64,000 nt of DNA from a virus (taxonomy: Duplodnaviria > Caudoviricetes): the IMG/VR virus record IMGVR_UViG_3300001598_000040, positions 1-64,000 of that record. The stretch is one strand, 5' to 3'. The notes beneath the pieces were generated by a model. The model was not told where the DNA came from, did not search any database, and saw only the letters and a list, made by a program, of their open reading frames with translations. Positions 21,011 through 29,617 of this stretch are shown one piece after another. Position 1 is the stretch's first letter. Each line of letters opens with the position of its first letter. A program made the position numbers and the translations under genes.

Positions 21011-22009
21011 TTAATTATTCAATCTTTCAATTATTGTTTCAAGTTCTATATTAATTAAATTAACTTGATCAACTTGTTGACTAGAACAATCCATTACTTT
21101 CTTTCCAACTCCAAGATATTTATTAACAATATTAGGAATTTCTTTTCCATAACTATCTGCGTCTATTGCCATCAATTTTGAAACAAGAATATTGAATTTA
21201 TCTAATTCATCTTGAAATGATAATTGAGTATCTTCAATCATATGATTTGTACTTCTCTTATCAGTAACAAATGCATTATCATATTCTGCGGCTTCCTTGT
21301 CGATGGCATCCGCAATTGCATTAACTAAAGCATCATAAGAAAAATCAATATAATCTGGTGTATATTTAAATCTTGATCCTGCCATAAATCTTGAATTATC
21401 TCTTAAAAATAATTTAGTTACGCTCTTTTTATCTTCAGTTTCTACTACCCTTGAATATCCAATAATATCACAAGTTCTTTCGCATACCAATCTTCCTCTT
21501 TTTTCAATTGTAGGAATGATTTTTGTGTATTCTTTACCTTCAGGATCGACAAATGTCTTTTCCGCAGAGTGACTAATTAAAATACATCCATATCCTAATT
21601 TTAAAATTTCTCTAATTGTTTCATCAAACTCTTTCATAATCATGCCATATCCTTGACCATATGGAATATCTCCAACTTTCATACATCCATTTTGATCGCA
21701 GATATATTTAGTAACACATTCATATGCTAAGTCCGCAGTATCAATAATAACATTATAAAACATTTCTTTTACTTGCGGATCTGCCAATTCTCGAAGTGTA
21801 TTTTTCATTTCTCTCCAAGATTTCATAGGCTTCGCCATAACTCCTGGCAGCGCGTTATAACCCATTTCAAAAGCTAAAATCAAAGATTTAGGAAAATGTG
21901 AAGCTGTTGTTGTTTTACCGCTTTTAGGAGCGCCATATAATAAAATACTATATCCTCTCAAATCTTTAGATACTATGTGTGGTTGTAAATCTAACAATGA
22001 ATTTCCCAT
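21011..22009 (-). CDS. AAA ATPase (Sak4/AAA_24-like)
   Basis: LLYGAPKSGKTT, IIDTAD, LISH, CDIIGY. Confidence 0.85.
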   Translation of the reverse strand: MGNSLLDLQPHIVSKDLRGYSILLYGAPKSGKTTTASHFPKSLILAFEMGYNALPGVMAKPMKSWREMKNTLRELADPQVKEMFYNVIIDTADLAYECVTKYICDQNGCMKVGDIPYGQGYGMIMKEFDETIREILKLGYGCILISHSAEKTFVDPEGKEYTKIIPTIEKRGRLVCERTCDIIGYSRVVETEDKKSVTKLFLRDNSRFMAGSRFKYTPDYIDFSYDALVNAIADAIDKEAAEYDNAFVTDKRSTNHMIEDTQLSFQDELDKFNILVSKLMAIDADSYGKEIPNIVNKYLGVGKKVMDCSSQQVDQVNLINIELETIIERLNN

Positions 22010-22043
22010 ATAAACTCTCCTTTTTTTTAATCATAATATAAAT

Positions 22044-22067
22044 GAGAGAATGATTGCTCATTCTCTC
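22044..22067. terminator. Intrinsic terminator
   Basis: GAGAGAATGA-TTGC-TCATTCTCTC stem. Confidence 0.75.
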
Positions 22068-22079
22068 TTAATTTATCTA

Positions 22080-23018
22080 TTAGAAATTAAAATCATCATT
22101 TGAAATATTCATAGTTGGTGCTGCTTTTGTTGTTGAAGCTGAAGCATTCTTCTTTGCTTCTCTATAAGCATCTCCATTAGCTTTAATTTCTGCAAGATAC
22201 AATTCTCTATTTTTTAATAATGTTTGGAACTCTGATACTAAAATTGTATCTGGGCTATCCCAAGCGCCTTCTTCAGGACTTCCGCCATTAATAATAAATT
22301 CTTTCTTATAACTTACTTTCTCTTCTACTAAATCTTCACCAAAAGCATTCTCAGTTATAATCTCTTGCTTAAATACTGTGTTAATAGATTTTCCCCAAAT
22401 ATCAATTAAAATAGGTGAATTAGGTGAAATATCTTTAGCCATCCAATAATCTTGAGCTTGTTTACCATAAGCTACAAACGATACAGGAATAAGAGCATTC
22501 TTATAGCCAAATACATATCCTTTAAATTCCGTCTTAGGAATTTGATCAACATCTGTAGGATATTCAAATACATTACCAATTATCATTGAAACTTTAAATG
22601 AATTTTTCTTTTCCTTTGGATTATCAAAATCGATAGGGTTCTTTAGCTTATTTACAAAACCACCCTCATATCTTAGAGTACTCTTTAATTGACCACTTTC
22701 ATCATAATACTCATTTACATTAAACATAACTCCGCTTGTTGATACATTATAGGCTTCATCAAAATTACTGCCCATAACTGTACAAGAAGGATTTTCTATA
22801 ATCTCTTCAAAGAATTGATATGTCTTATTAGGCTTTCCGCTAGCAAATTCCGCTGTAACATATCTATAATAAATATCTACAGTGTTATTACCTTCTTTTT
22901 CTGTCAAGATTGATATTCTTCCTGAAATATATTCAATTCCTTTTTGTGATACTTTCTTTTCTAAATTATGACTGTACAATTTACCTTTTACTGAAATTTC
23001 GTGTAACATATTTCTCAT
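22080..23018 (-). CDS. Probable single-stranded DNA-binding protein
   Basis: Beta-rich OB-like segments, acidic/aromatic C-terminal tail DDFNF, next to the AAA ATPase. Confidence 0.65.
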   Translation of the reverse strand: MRNMLHEISVKGKLYSHNLEKKVSQKGIEYISGRISILTEKEGNNTVDIYYRYVTAEFASGKPNKTYQFFEEIIENPSCTVMGSNFDEAYNVSTSGVMFNVNEYYDESGQLKSTLRYEGGFVNKLKNPIDFDNPKEKKNSFKVSMIIGNVFEYPTDVDQIPKTEFKGYVFGYKNALIPVSFVAYGKQAQDYWMAKDISPNSPILIDIWGKSINTVFKQEIITENAFGEDLVEEKVSYKKEFIINGGSPEEGAWDSPDTILVSEFQTLLKNRELYLAEIKANGDAYREAKKNASASTTKAAPTMNISNDDFNF

Positions 23019-23019
23019 A

Positions 23020-23394
23020 TTATTCTTCCTCCAATTTTTCTAACTCTTCAACTACATTTACTTTCATACCTGTTTCAGAAATTGTATATACTGCGGGATG
23101 CTCAGCTATTTTAACTAAATAACCGTCATTTTCAAGTTTTCTACACCATCCAGATGTAACTCTTGATGACACTTCAAATACCTCTCCCATTTCTTTAGCC
23201 TTAATTTCTGCTTTAGGATTCTGCTGGAATAAACCAATTACTTTCAAGCCGCCTTCAGTAAACTTAGCTTTCTTTGGTGGTTCTGCAGCTTTCTTAAAAT
23301 CCTCAAAATATTCTAATACAGATTGAGGAATTTCATCTTCATTTGCCTCAAAATAAGGCTCAACAATTTCTATAAATTGCTCTTTAAGTGACAT
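23020..23394 (-). CDS. Winged-helix DNA-binding protein
   Basis: KAKEMGEVFEVSSRVTSGWCRKLENDGYL..I...PAVYTIS. Confidence 0.65.
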   Translation of the reverse strand: MSLKEQFIEIVEPYFEANEDEIPQSVLEYFEDFKKAAEPPKKAKFTEGGLKVIGLFQQNPKAEIKAKEMGEVFEVSSRVTSGWCRKLENDGYLVKIAEHPAVYTISETGMKVNVVEELEKLEEE

Positions 23395-23426
23395 ATCAAT
23401 ACTCTCCTTATCTTTATTGTATAATT

Positions 23427-23455
23427 ATTATATCATAATTTTTTTATAAAATCAA
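23427..23455 (-). promoter_or_regulatory. sigmaA-type promoter (example of a motif repeated many times in this block)
   Basis: TTGATT-17 bp-TATAAT with TG extension; overlaps the last codons of thyX. Confidence 0.8.
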
Positions 23456-24116
23456 TTATAGGTTTTTTACAAGACATTGCACCTTCAGGACAGTGACCTG
23501 TTACACAACCTGCTCCTGCGTTTTCAAATAATTTAGGGGAAACTTCCTTGCATAATTTTAACATTTGAATTGCTAATTCTCTAATCTCCCATTGCGCTCT
23601 ATTGCAAGTTCTCAATTTAAAAAAGTTATATAAAGAGCGAACATTCATCGTACAAATTAATGATGTACTACAAGCATTTGGTAGTATATATCTTGCATCT
23701 TCTGCGGGAATACCATCTCTTATTAATTCACTATATACATCATTAATCTGTTGCATTAACTTATTATACTTTCCATAGCAATAATTTTCATTTTTAAGAA
23801 TACTATCTGGTACTATAAAATTAAATCCATTTTCATTACAATATCTTTGAGATTTTTGAGAATATGAAGCTATTCTATGTCTAACTAATTGATGAGAACA
23901 AGCTCTAGATATTCCTTCTATACCGAAGGTAAATGTTACGTGTTCAAATGGACTTTCATGACCGAGAGAAACTAATTTATCAATAAATTTATTTAAACTC
24001 TCTTCTGTGAAATTAACCATAATCTCAGATATTTCTTTATTACTATAGCATAGGCGTGCGGCTGCTGCTATTGCTTTTTCTGGTTCTGGAGTATGTGCTA
24101 ATAATATTACTTTCAT
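23433..24116 (-). CDS. thyX: Flavin-dependent thymidylate synthase
   Basis: GHESPFEH, RACSHQLVRHRIASYSQKSQRY, EDARYILP, AQWEIR. Confidence 0.97.
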   Translation of the reverse strand: MKVILLAHTPEPEKAIAAAARLCYSNKEISEIMVNFTEESLNKFIDKLVSLGHESPFEHVTFTFGIEGISRACSHQLVRHRIASYSQKSQRYCNENGFNFIVPDSILKNENYCYGKYNKLMQQINDVYSELIRDGIPAEDARYILPNACSTSLICTMNVRSLYNFFKLRTCNRAQWEIRELAIQMLKLCKEVSPKLFENAGAGCVTGHCPEGAMSCKKPIIDFIKKL

Positions 24117-24409
24117 TCTAAAATATGTCCTTTCTTAATTGAGTCTGAATATCCTTTTACTTTAGATGTTCTACTATAAATATAATCTTCAAGATTGTCA
24201 ATATATATATTTTGATTTACTTCATCTTCAAGACTATAGTCAAAGTAGTGAATAAATAACATCTTAGAAGTATCAATATTATATTTAGCTGCGCGTGTTC
24301 GCATCTTATTCGGATCTTTACAAACAATAATTGCAGGTTTGTTTTCAGACGCAGCTAATAATAATCTTTTAGTTTTACCCGTCCCTGGTTGTCCTATGTA
24401 CTTATTCAT
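24113..24409 (-). CDS. Small P-loop-like protein
   Basis: GQPGTGKT near the N-terminus. Confidence 0.5.
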   Translation of the reverse strand: MNKYIGQPGTGKTKRLLLAASENKPAIIVCKDPNKMRTRAAKYNIDTSKMLFIHYFDYSLEDEVNQNIYIDNLEDYIYSRTSKVKGYSDSIKKGHILE

Positions 24410-24413
24410 TTCA

Positions 24414-25172
24414 TTAACCTCCAGCTTTCATATTATAGCCATAGCTATTTGTTTGAAATAATTCTATATAAAATTTTTCTCTTGAAGATAATTGCTCTTT
24501 GGGACATTTTTCTAATACTTCAAAAGTAAAATTCCATACTCCATCCTTAATCATTGCGGAATATAATTTATTAGTTATATTCTTATCGAGTCCCAATCCT
24601 CTTTTTACATGGGTTCTCCATCTATCTTTAAAATTAACGCATTGTCCTATGTATTGTTTATTATCTAATGTATTAGTAATCTTATAAATACCACTCGCTT
24701 CTGAGTTAATACCAACAACTCTACCTAACAAATCATTTAGATTATGTTCAAAATAGGTTTTATATATTAATTTTAACAACACATCAGGAGCATTTAATGT
24801 AGATGAAAAATCTAAAAGTTTTTGAATATCTTCTAAATCTTTCTCCTCTATATTAATTTTATAAAATCGAGATTGTTTTTCAATTTCTTCTTTTCTTTTT
24901 TCATTTTCTATAAGAGCTTCTAAGATTTGTTTCTTTTGATCGATTTGCTCCTTTATATTATCTAATTTATAATTATATTCTACACATTGAAGATCTATTT
25001 GATTTTTTTCATTATATAAATTATCAATGCGATCATCAAGATCTTCTATAGTTTCTTTCTTTTGTTTAATTCTATCTTCAAATGTTTCTATAATTTCATT
25101 TTGCCTTTTTAGATTTGTCCCATCTAATAAAGAAATAATAAAACAACAAAATCGTCTAATTAACTTTTTCAT
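24414..25172 (-). CDS. Coiled-coil protein with C-terminal GIY-YIG nuclease domain
   Basis: GIYKITN.....YIGQ.....RW..H...E...YI......GYN. Confidence 0.8.
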   Translation of the reverse strand: MKKLIRRFCCFIISLLDGTNLKRQNEIIETFEDRIKQKKETIEDLDDRIDNLYNEKNQIDLQCVEYNYKLDNIKEQIDQKKQILEALIENEKRKEEIEKQSRFYKINIEEKDLEDIQKLLDFSSTLNAPDVLLKLIYKTYFEHNLNDLLGRVVGINSEASGIYKITNTLDNKQYIGQCVNFKDRWRTHVKRGLGLDKNITNKLYSAMIKDGVWNFTFEVLEKCPKEQLSSREKFYIELFQTNSYGYNMKAGG

Positions 25173-25374
25173 TCTTTTCCTCCAAGAGTTTAAGTGTGTT
25201 TATCATTTTATCTAATTCAAGCATCTTCTCACATCCATATTCATCGATAAAATCATTAACTAATTTATCTATAACTTGTTCATTCTCAGGATAATAATCT
25301 AAACTCTTTTCATAATACCATATTTGATTTGCGTATTCAGTTATTTTCATTTGAATATATCCTCCACTAAACAA
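25156..25374 (-). CDS. Hypothetical phage protein
   Basis: Operon-packed ORF. Confidence 0.5.
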   Translation of the reverse strand: MFSGGYIQMKITEYANQIWYYEKSLDYYPENEQVIDKLVNDFIDEYGCEKMLELDKMINTLKLLEEKNEKVN

Positions 25375-26402
25375 TCAAAATCATTTTTATCATCTCTAAA
25401 CCCCTTAAAGATTCCGTGTCTAATTGTATATTCTTTTGAATCTAGAGACATACAGTCAACTCTGCATACTTTATTTATATATTTATCAGGTTCATCCGCA
25501 AATGCTTGTCTTAAATCATCAGTTAATCCTGAAGCTATTGTGCCTATTGATTTTAATGTACCATCAGGCATATATGCTCCTATTTCTATCGCAGTTTTCC
25601 AACCATAAAAATAACCTTTAGTAACAGGTATATCATCTTCCCAAAACTCCCAAGTATCTAATTCTTTACCTGTATACTCTTTTGTTGCATCACAAAAACC
25701 TATACATATTACATCTGCAGTATCGTGTTGTTTCATTTTAATAGTTGACCAAGCAGGACGCTTTTCTGGTGTATATTTATAATCTTTCTTTTTAAGAACT
25801 ATACCTTCTTCTCCTGAGTTAAGAGTATTAATAGTTATTTCAGAGAGATTGTCAAGATATACTTCAGCCAATTCAATAAAATCATATTGGTCTAAATTAA
25901 AAGAATGATAAGTTTCTTTTAATATTTCATATCTTTCTAAAGCTCCTTTAGATGTCAAATCTTCTCCATTAAGTTCAATAATATCGTGAATATAATAATG
26001 TATTAATCCTTTTTCATTCTGTCTATCAATAGCTTTCTGCGGCAGACAGCCCATTATCGTAGTTACAGTTTTAGAAGTTCCATTAGGATAATAAACTTCT
26101 CCTACTATAATTGTATTAGTAGGTAAACAATTCAAAGCAGCCATAATATGCGGAACATTAGCAGATTTCTCAGTTAATACTCCTGTAGTTTTAGACTCCG
26201 TCTTTCCAAACAAATATGAATAATGTTCTGTTTTTTCAAATTCATACCAATATCCATCTTTTTTAATTTGACCAAAATATTCTCCACTTTCTGCTTTTTC
26301 TTCATACATATGCTCTTTTCCCTGTGGCAGTTTCCATACTTTCATTGCAGGTATCATTAATGCTTCTGGATAATATTCATCAATAGCTTCTCTAGTATAC
26401 AT
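25347..26402 (-). CDS. ATP-dependent DNA ligase
   Basis: KKDG adenylation motif, VGEVY, IHDI, EGIVLK, WSTIKMK, OB-fold GTIASG; probable start 26402. Confidence 0.92.
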   Translation of the reverse strand: MYTREAIDEYYPEALMIPAMKVWKLPQGKEHMYEEKAESGEYFGQIKKDGYWYEFEKTEHYSYLFGKTESKTTGVLTEKSANVPHIMAALNCLPTNTIIVGEVYYPNGTSKTVTTIMGCLPQKAIDRQNEKGLIHYYIHDIIELNGEDLTSKGALERYEILKETYHSFNLDQYDFIELAEVYLDNLSEITINTLNSGEEGIVLKKKDYKYTPEKRPAWSTIKMKQHDTADVICIGFCDATKEYTGKELDTWEFWEDDIPVTKGYFYGWKTAIEIGAYMPDGTLKSIGTIASGLTDDLRQAFADEPDKYINKVCRVDCMSLDSKEYTIRHGIFKGFRDDKNDFDCLVEDIFK

Positions 26403-26403
26403 A

Positions 26404-26967
26404 TTATTTCCACCTTTCAATTATCTGGTCTAAAGTTACAGGTTTCCATTCATAAAATCCGCACCAGCAATTATAGAACTGACATTTTGAACAACTATCT
26501 CCTCGCTCATCTTTTTCAAGAATTTGTTGTTTAAAATCTTGTATCATTTCTTCTTCCCAAGTATTATGCAAATGTCCATATAGATGATAAATATTCCTAT
26601 TCCAATCGGATTTATAAAAAATCATAGGATAATGTGACATAAGAATCTTTCGTCCATTGTCTGTAATTTCTTTATAATCTTTAATATCTGTAAAATACTT
26701 TTTTACCTTTGCGGTCATATGTCTTAAATCGTGATTGCCTAGTATCAAACATTTCGATCCATTTAGTCTATTAAGAATTTTAATCCATTCATCTTCTTTT
26801 GCCCAACAGAAATCTCCAAGAATATAGACTGTATCATTTTTGGAAACGACAGAGTTCCAATTATTAATTAGAATCTCTGTCATCTCCTCAATAGAATCGA
26901 AAGGTCTGTTATCAAATTTAATAACATTTGTATGTAGAAAATGCAAATCAGATATATAATAATTCAC
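26404..26967 (-). CDS. Calcineurin-like metallophosphoesterase
   Basis: SDLHF, LGDF, GNHD, SHYP, GHLH. Confidence 0.9.
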   Translation of the reverse strand: MNYYISDLHFLHTNVIKFDNRPFDSIEEMTEILINNWNSVVSKNDTVYILGDFCWAKEDEWIKILNRLNGSKCLILGNHDLRHMTAKVKKYFTDIKDYKEITDNGRKILMSHYPMIFYKSDWNRNIYHLYGHLHNTWEEEMIQDFKQQILEKDERGDSCSKCQFYNCWCGFYEWKPVTLDQIIERWK

Positions 26968-27036
26968 ATCATCACTCCTTTCAACTTTCTATATATATTA
27001 TATAATAAATTATTTAATAAAACAATTAATAGATTT

Positions 27037-29361
27037 TTAAATTTCATTAATTGTATTTGCTTTAGATGTTTTAATTAATATATTACCATTAGCAGTTCTT
27101 GTAGTTAAAGGAATATCTTTTATTTTAATGCATAAAGTATTATCTTCTCCTGAAATTAAAATATCTTTATTTTCATCTGTGATAATGCAAGTATCTGCTA
27201 CTGGATTTTTAGCAATAATAACACCTTTTCCGCTTCTTTTTTGTAAAGGTATATCTTCAATTTTTATTCTATTACCCGTTCCATTATATTTAAGTATTGC
27301 TAATTGTCCTGCGGCATAGTGTAATCTTTTTACTACATCTCCTTCTTCTAGATTAATAGCTTTAACTCCACAAGTTGCTCTTCCTGTTGGATTAACATCT
27401 TTTAAGCTAAATTTTATTGCATATCCGCATTCAGTAGTTACAACAACATTTGCATCTTCGCCTACTATAACATCTACCAAATTATCATCTTCTTTTAATT
27501 TCAAAGCTACAATACCATTTTTCTTTTTAACATTTTTAAATTCAGTTAAGAATGTTTTCTTTATTAATCCTTTTTCTGTTATAAAGGTTATAAATAATTC
27601 CTCTTTATCGCATTTACATACTGCTTTAACAGATTGAGATGATGGTAGATTAATAAGACTATATAATGATGTTCCCGCACTTGTATTCTTAGTTTCGGGG
27701 ATATCATTTACTAATAATTTATACGCTTTACCATCGGAAGTAAAAATTGAGATATTATCTAAAGTAGTTAAACTTTCAGTATAAAGAATTAAATCATCTT
27801 GTGACTTTGTTCCTTTTCTATTTCTAGATTGCGGTTTATATGTCTGTCTAGGTACTCGTTTAATATAACCTTTTTGAGTTACTACTACAACAACATCTTC
27901 TTTTTCTATTGCGGGTTTTTCTATTTTCTCTTTTTTAGTTTCAATATTAGTTATTTCAGTTCTTCTGTTGTCACCAAATCTATCTACAATATCTTTTAGT
28001 TTTAATCTTATAGTGTTTATTTGTAGATCTTTATTAGTCAATAGTAAAGATAATGATTCTATTTCTGATGATAATTGTTTCTGCTCTTCTTCAAGTTGGA
28101 TTCTTTCCAATCCTGCTAATTTACCTAGCTTCATATCTACAATAGCTTTAGCTTGAGCTTCTGAGAATTTATATTTCTCTTTTAAATTATCTTTTGCCTT
28201 TGCGGCACTTTCACTCTTCTTTATTAAAGTGATAATATTATCAATATCTTCTAAACACTTTAACAATCCATCTACTATTTCTTTTCTATCTTTAGCTTTA
28301 TCTAAATCAAATTGAGTTTCTCTCTTTAAGCAATCGATATTATGATTTAGATATATTTCAATACAATCTTTTAATCCTAATTCTGTAGGCACTTTATCTA
28401 CTAAAGCTACTTGATTGTAAGAGAATGAAGTTTCTAATGATGTTTCTTTAAACAAAGATACAACAATAGATTCTGGATTTATTCCTTTTTCACATTCAAT
28501 TACTATTCTTAAACCTTTTTTATTACTTTCATTGCGGATGTCCGCAATATTAATTAACTTTTCTTCTTCACAGAGTTTGCCTATATCATTAATCAATTCT
28601 TCTACTTTTATACCATATGGAACTTCATAGAATATAATATTTTGTTTCTCAATTTTATATTTACCTCTAATTTTTACAGAGCCTCTTCCTTTTGATATAA
28701 TTTGAGGTAAATCTTTACCATTGATGATTAATCCTCCTGTAGGAAAGTCTGGACCTGGAAGAGTAGGTTCTTTACCATCCATATAATCATAAATAGCATC
28801 TGCTACTTCTCTAAGATTATGACAAGCCCAATTCGCTGCCAAAGCAACTCCAATACCCATATTAGGATTACACAGTAGATTAGGAAAAATTGCGGGCAGA
28901 GTAATAGGTTCATTATCTGTTTCGTCATAATTAGGAATGAAATCTACATTATTTTTCTTTATTCCTTTTAACATTCCTTCTTCAGCTAATTTTGTAAGTC
29001 TTGCTTCTGTATAACGAGCTGCAGCCGCATCATCTCCATCTATATTACCAAAATTACCGTGACCATCTATAAGAGGATAACGCATTACCCAATTTTGAGA
29101 TAGTCTAACTAAAGCTCCATAGATTGAAGAATCTCCGTGAGGATGTAGCTTAGCCATAACTTCACCTACGATATTTGCACACTTTACATGAGGCTTTGAT
29201 GAAATTCTTCCTCCAGATAATGCTCCCCATAAAATTCTGCGGGCTACTGGTTTAAGTCCACTTTTTGCATCTGGAATAGCTCTATCTGAGTTTACAGCCG
29301 CACTGTACTCTATAAAATTATCACTTAATTCTTGTATAATATCAATCTGTTGCATTGTCAT
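27037..29361 (-). CDS. gyrA: Type II topoisomerase subunit A (gyrase A-like)
   Basis: RAIPD..SGLKPV.RR, HPHGDSS, AAARYTEARL catalytic Tyr, C-terminal beta-pinwheel repeats. Confidence 0.95.
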   Translation of the reverse strand: MTMQQIDIIQELSDNFIEYSAAVNSDRAIPDAKSGLKPVARRILWGALSGGRISSKPHVKCANIVGEVMAKLHPHGDSSIYGALVRLSQNWVMRYPLIDGHGNFGNIDGDDAAAARYTEARLTKLAEEGMLKGIKKNNVDFIPNYDETDNEPITLPAIFPNLLCNPNMGIGVALAANWACHNLREVADAIYDYMDGKEPTLPGPDFPTGGLIINGKDLPQIISKGRGSVKIRGKYKIEKQNIIFYEVPYGIKVEELINDIGKLCEEEKLINIADIRNESNKKGLRIVIECEKGINPESIVVSLFKETSLETSFSYNQVALVDKVPTELGLKDCIEIYLNHNIDCLKRETQFDLDKAKDRKEIVDGLLKCLEDIDNIITLIKKSESAAKAKDNLKEKYKFSEAQAKAIVDMKLGKLAGLERIQLEEEQKQLSSEIESLSLLLTNKDLQINTIRLKLKDIVDRFGDNRRTEITNIETKKEKIEKPAIEKEDVVVVVTQKGYIKRVPRQTYKPQSRNRKGTKSQDDLILYTESLTTLDNISIFTSDGKAYKLLVNDIPETKNTSAGTSLYSLINLPSSQSVKAVCKCDKEELFITFITEKGLIKKTFLTEFKNVKKKNGIVALKLKEDDNLVDVIVGEDANVVVTTECGYAIKFSLKDVNPTGRATCGVKAINLEEGDVVKRLHYAAGQLAILKYNGTGNRIKIEDIPLQKRSGKGVIIAKNPVADTCIITDENKDILISGEDNTLCIKIKDIPLTTRTANGNILIKTSKANTINEI

Positions 29362-29617
29362 CCTCCTTTAAAAAATCTTCTATATTATAATCTAAAATTG
29401 AACTTTTATTCTCATTAACTTGAGGTAGATATACATTAGTTATTTCTTCATTACAGTAAGGACAAGTAAAAGGATAAATAATTGTATTTCCCTCTCCTCC
29501 TAAATAAATATTATCTTCATATATTATATGTCTTTCAAAGTCATAGATATTTATTTTGTCTAATACTGAATGACAATTATTACATACTGGAACAAAACCT
29601 ATAGTAGTACTCATCAT
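29342..29617 (-). CDS. Small Zn-ribbon protein between gyrB and gyrA
   Basis: CNNC...CPYC. Confidence 0.6.
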   Translation of the reverse strand: MMSTTIGFVPVCNNCHSVLDKINIYDFERHIIYEDNIYLGGEGNTIIYPFTCPYCNEEITNVYLPQVNENKSSILDYNIEDFLKEDDNATD

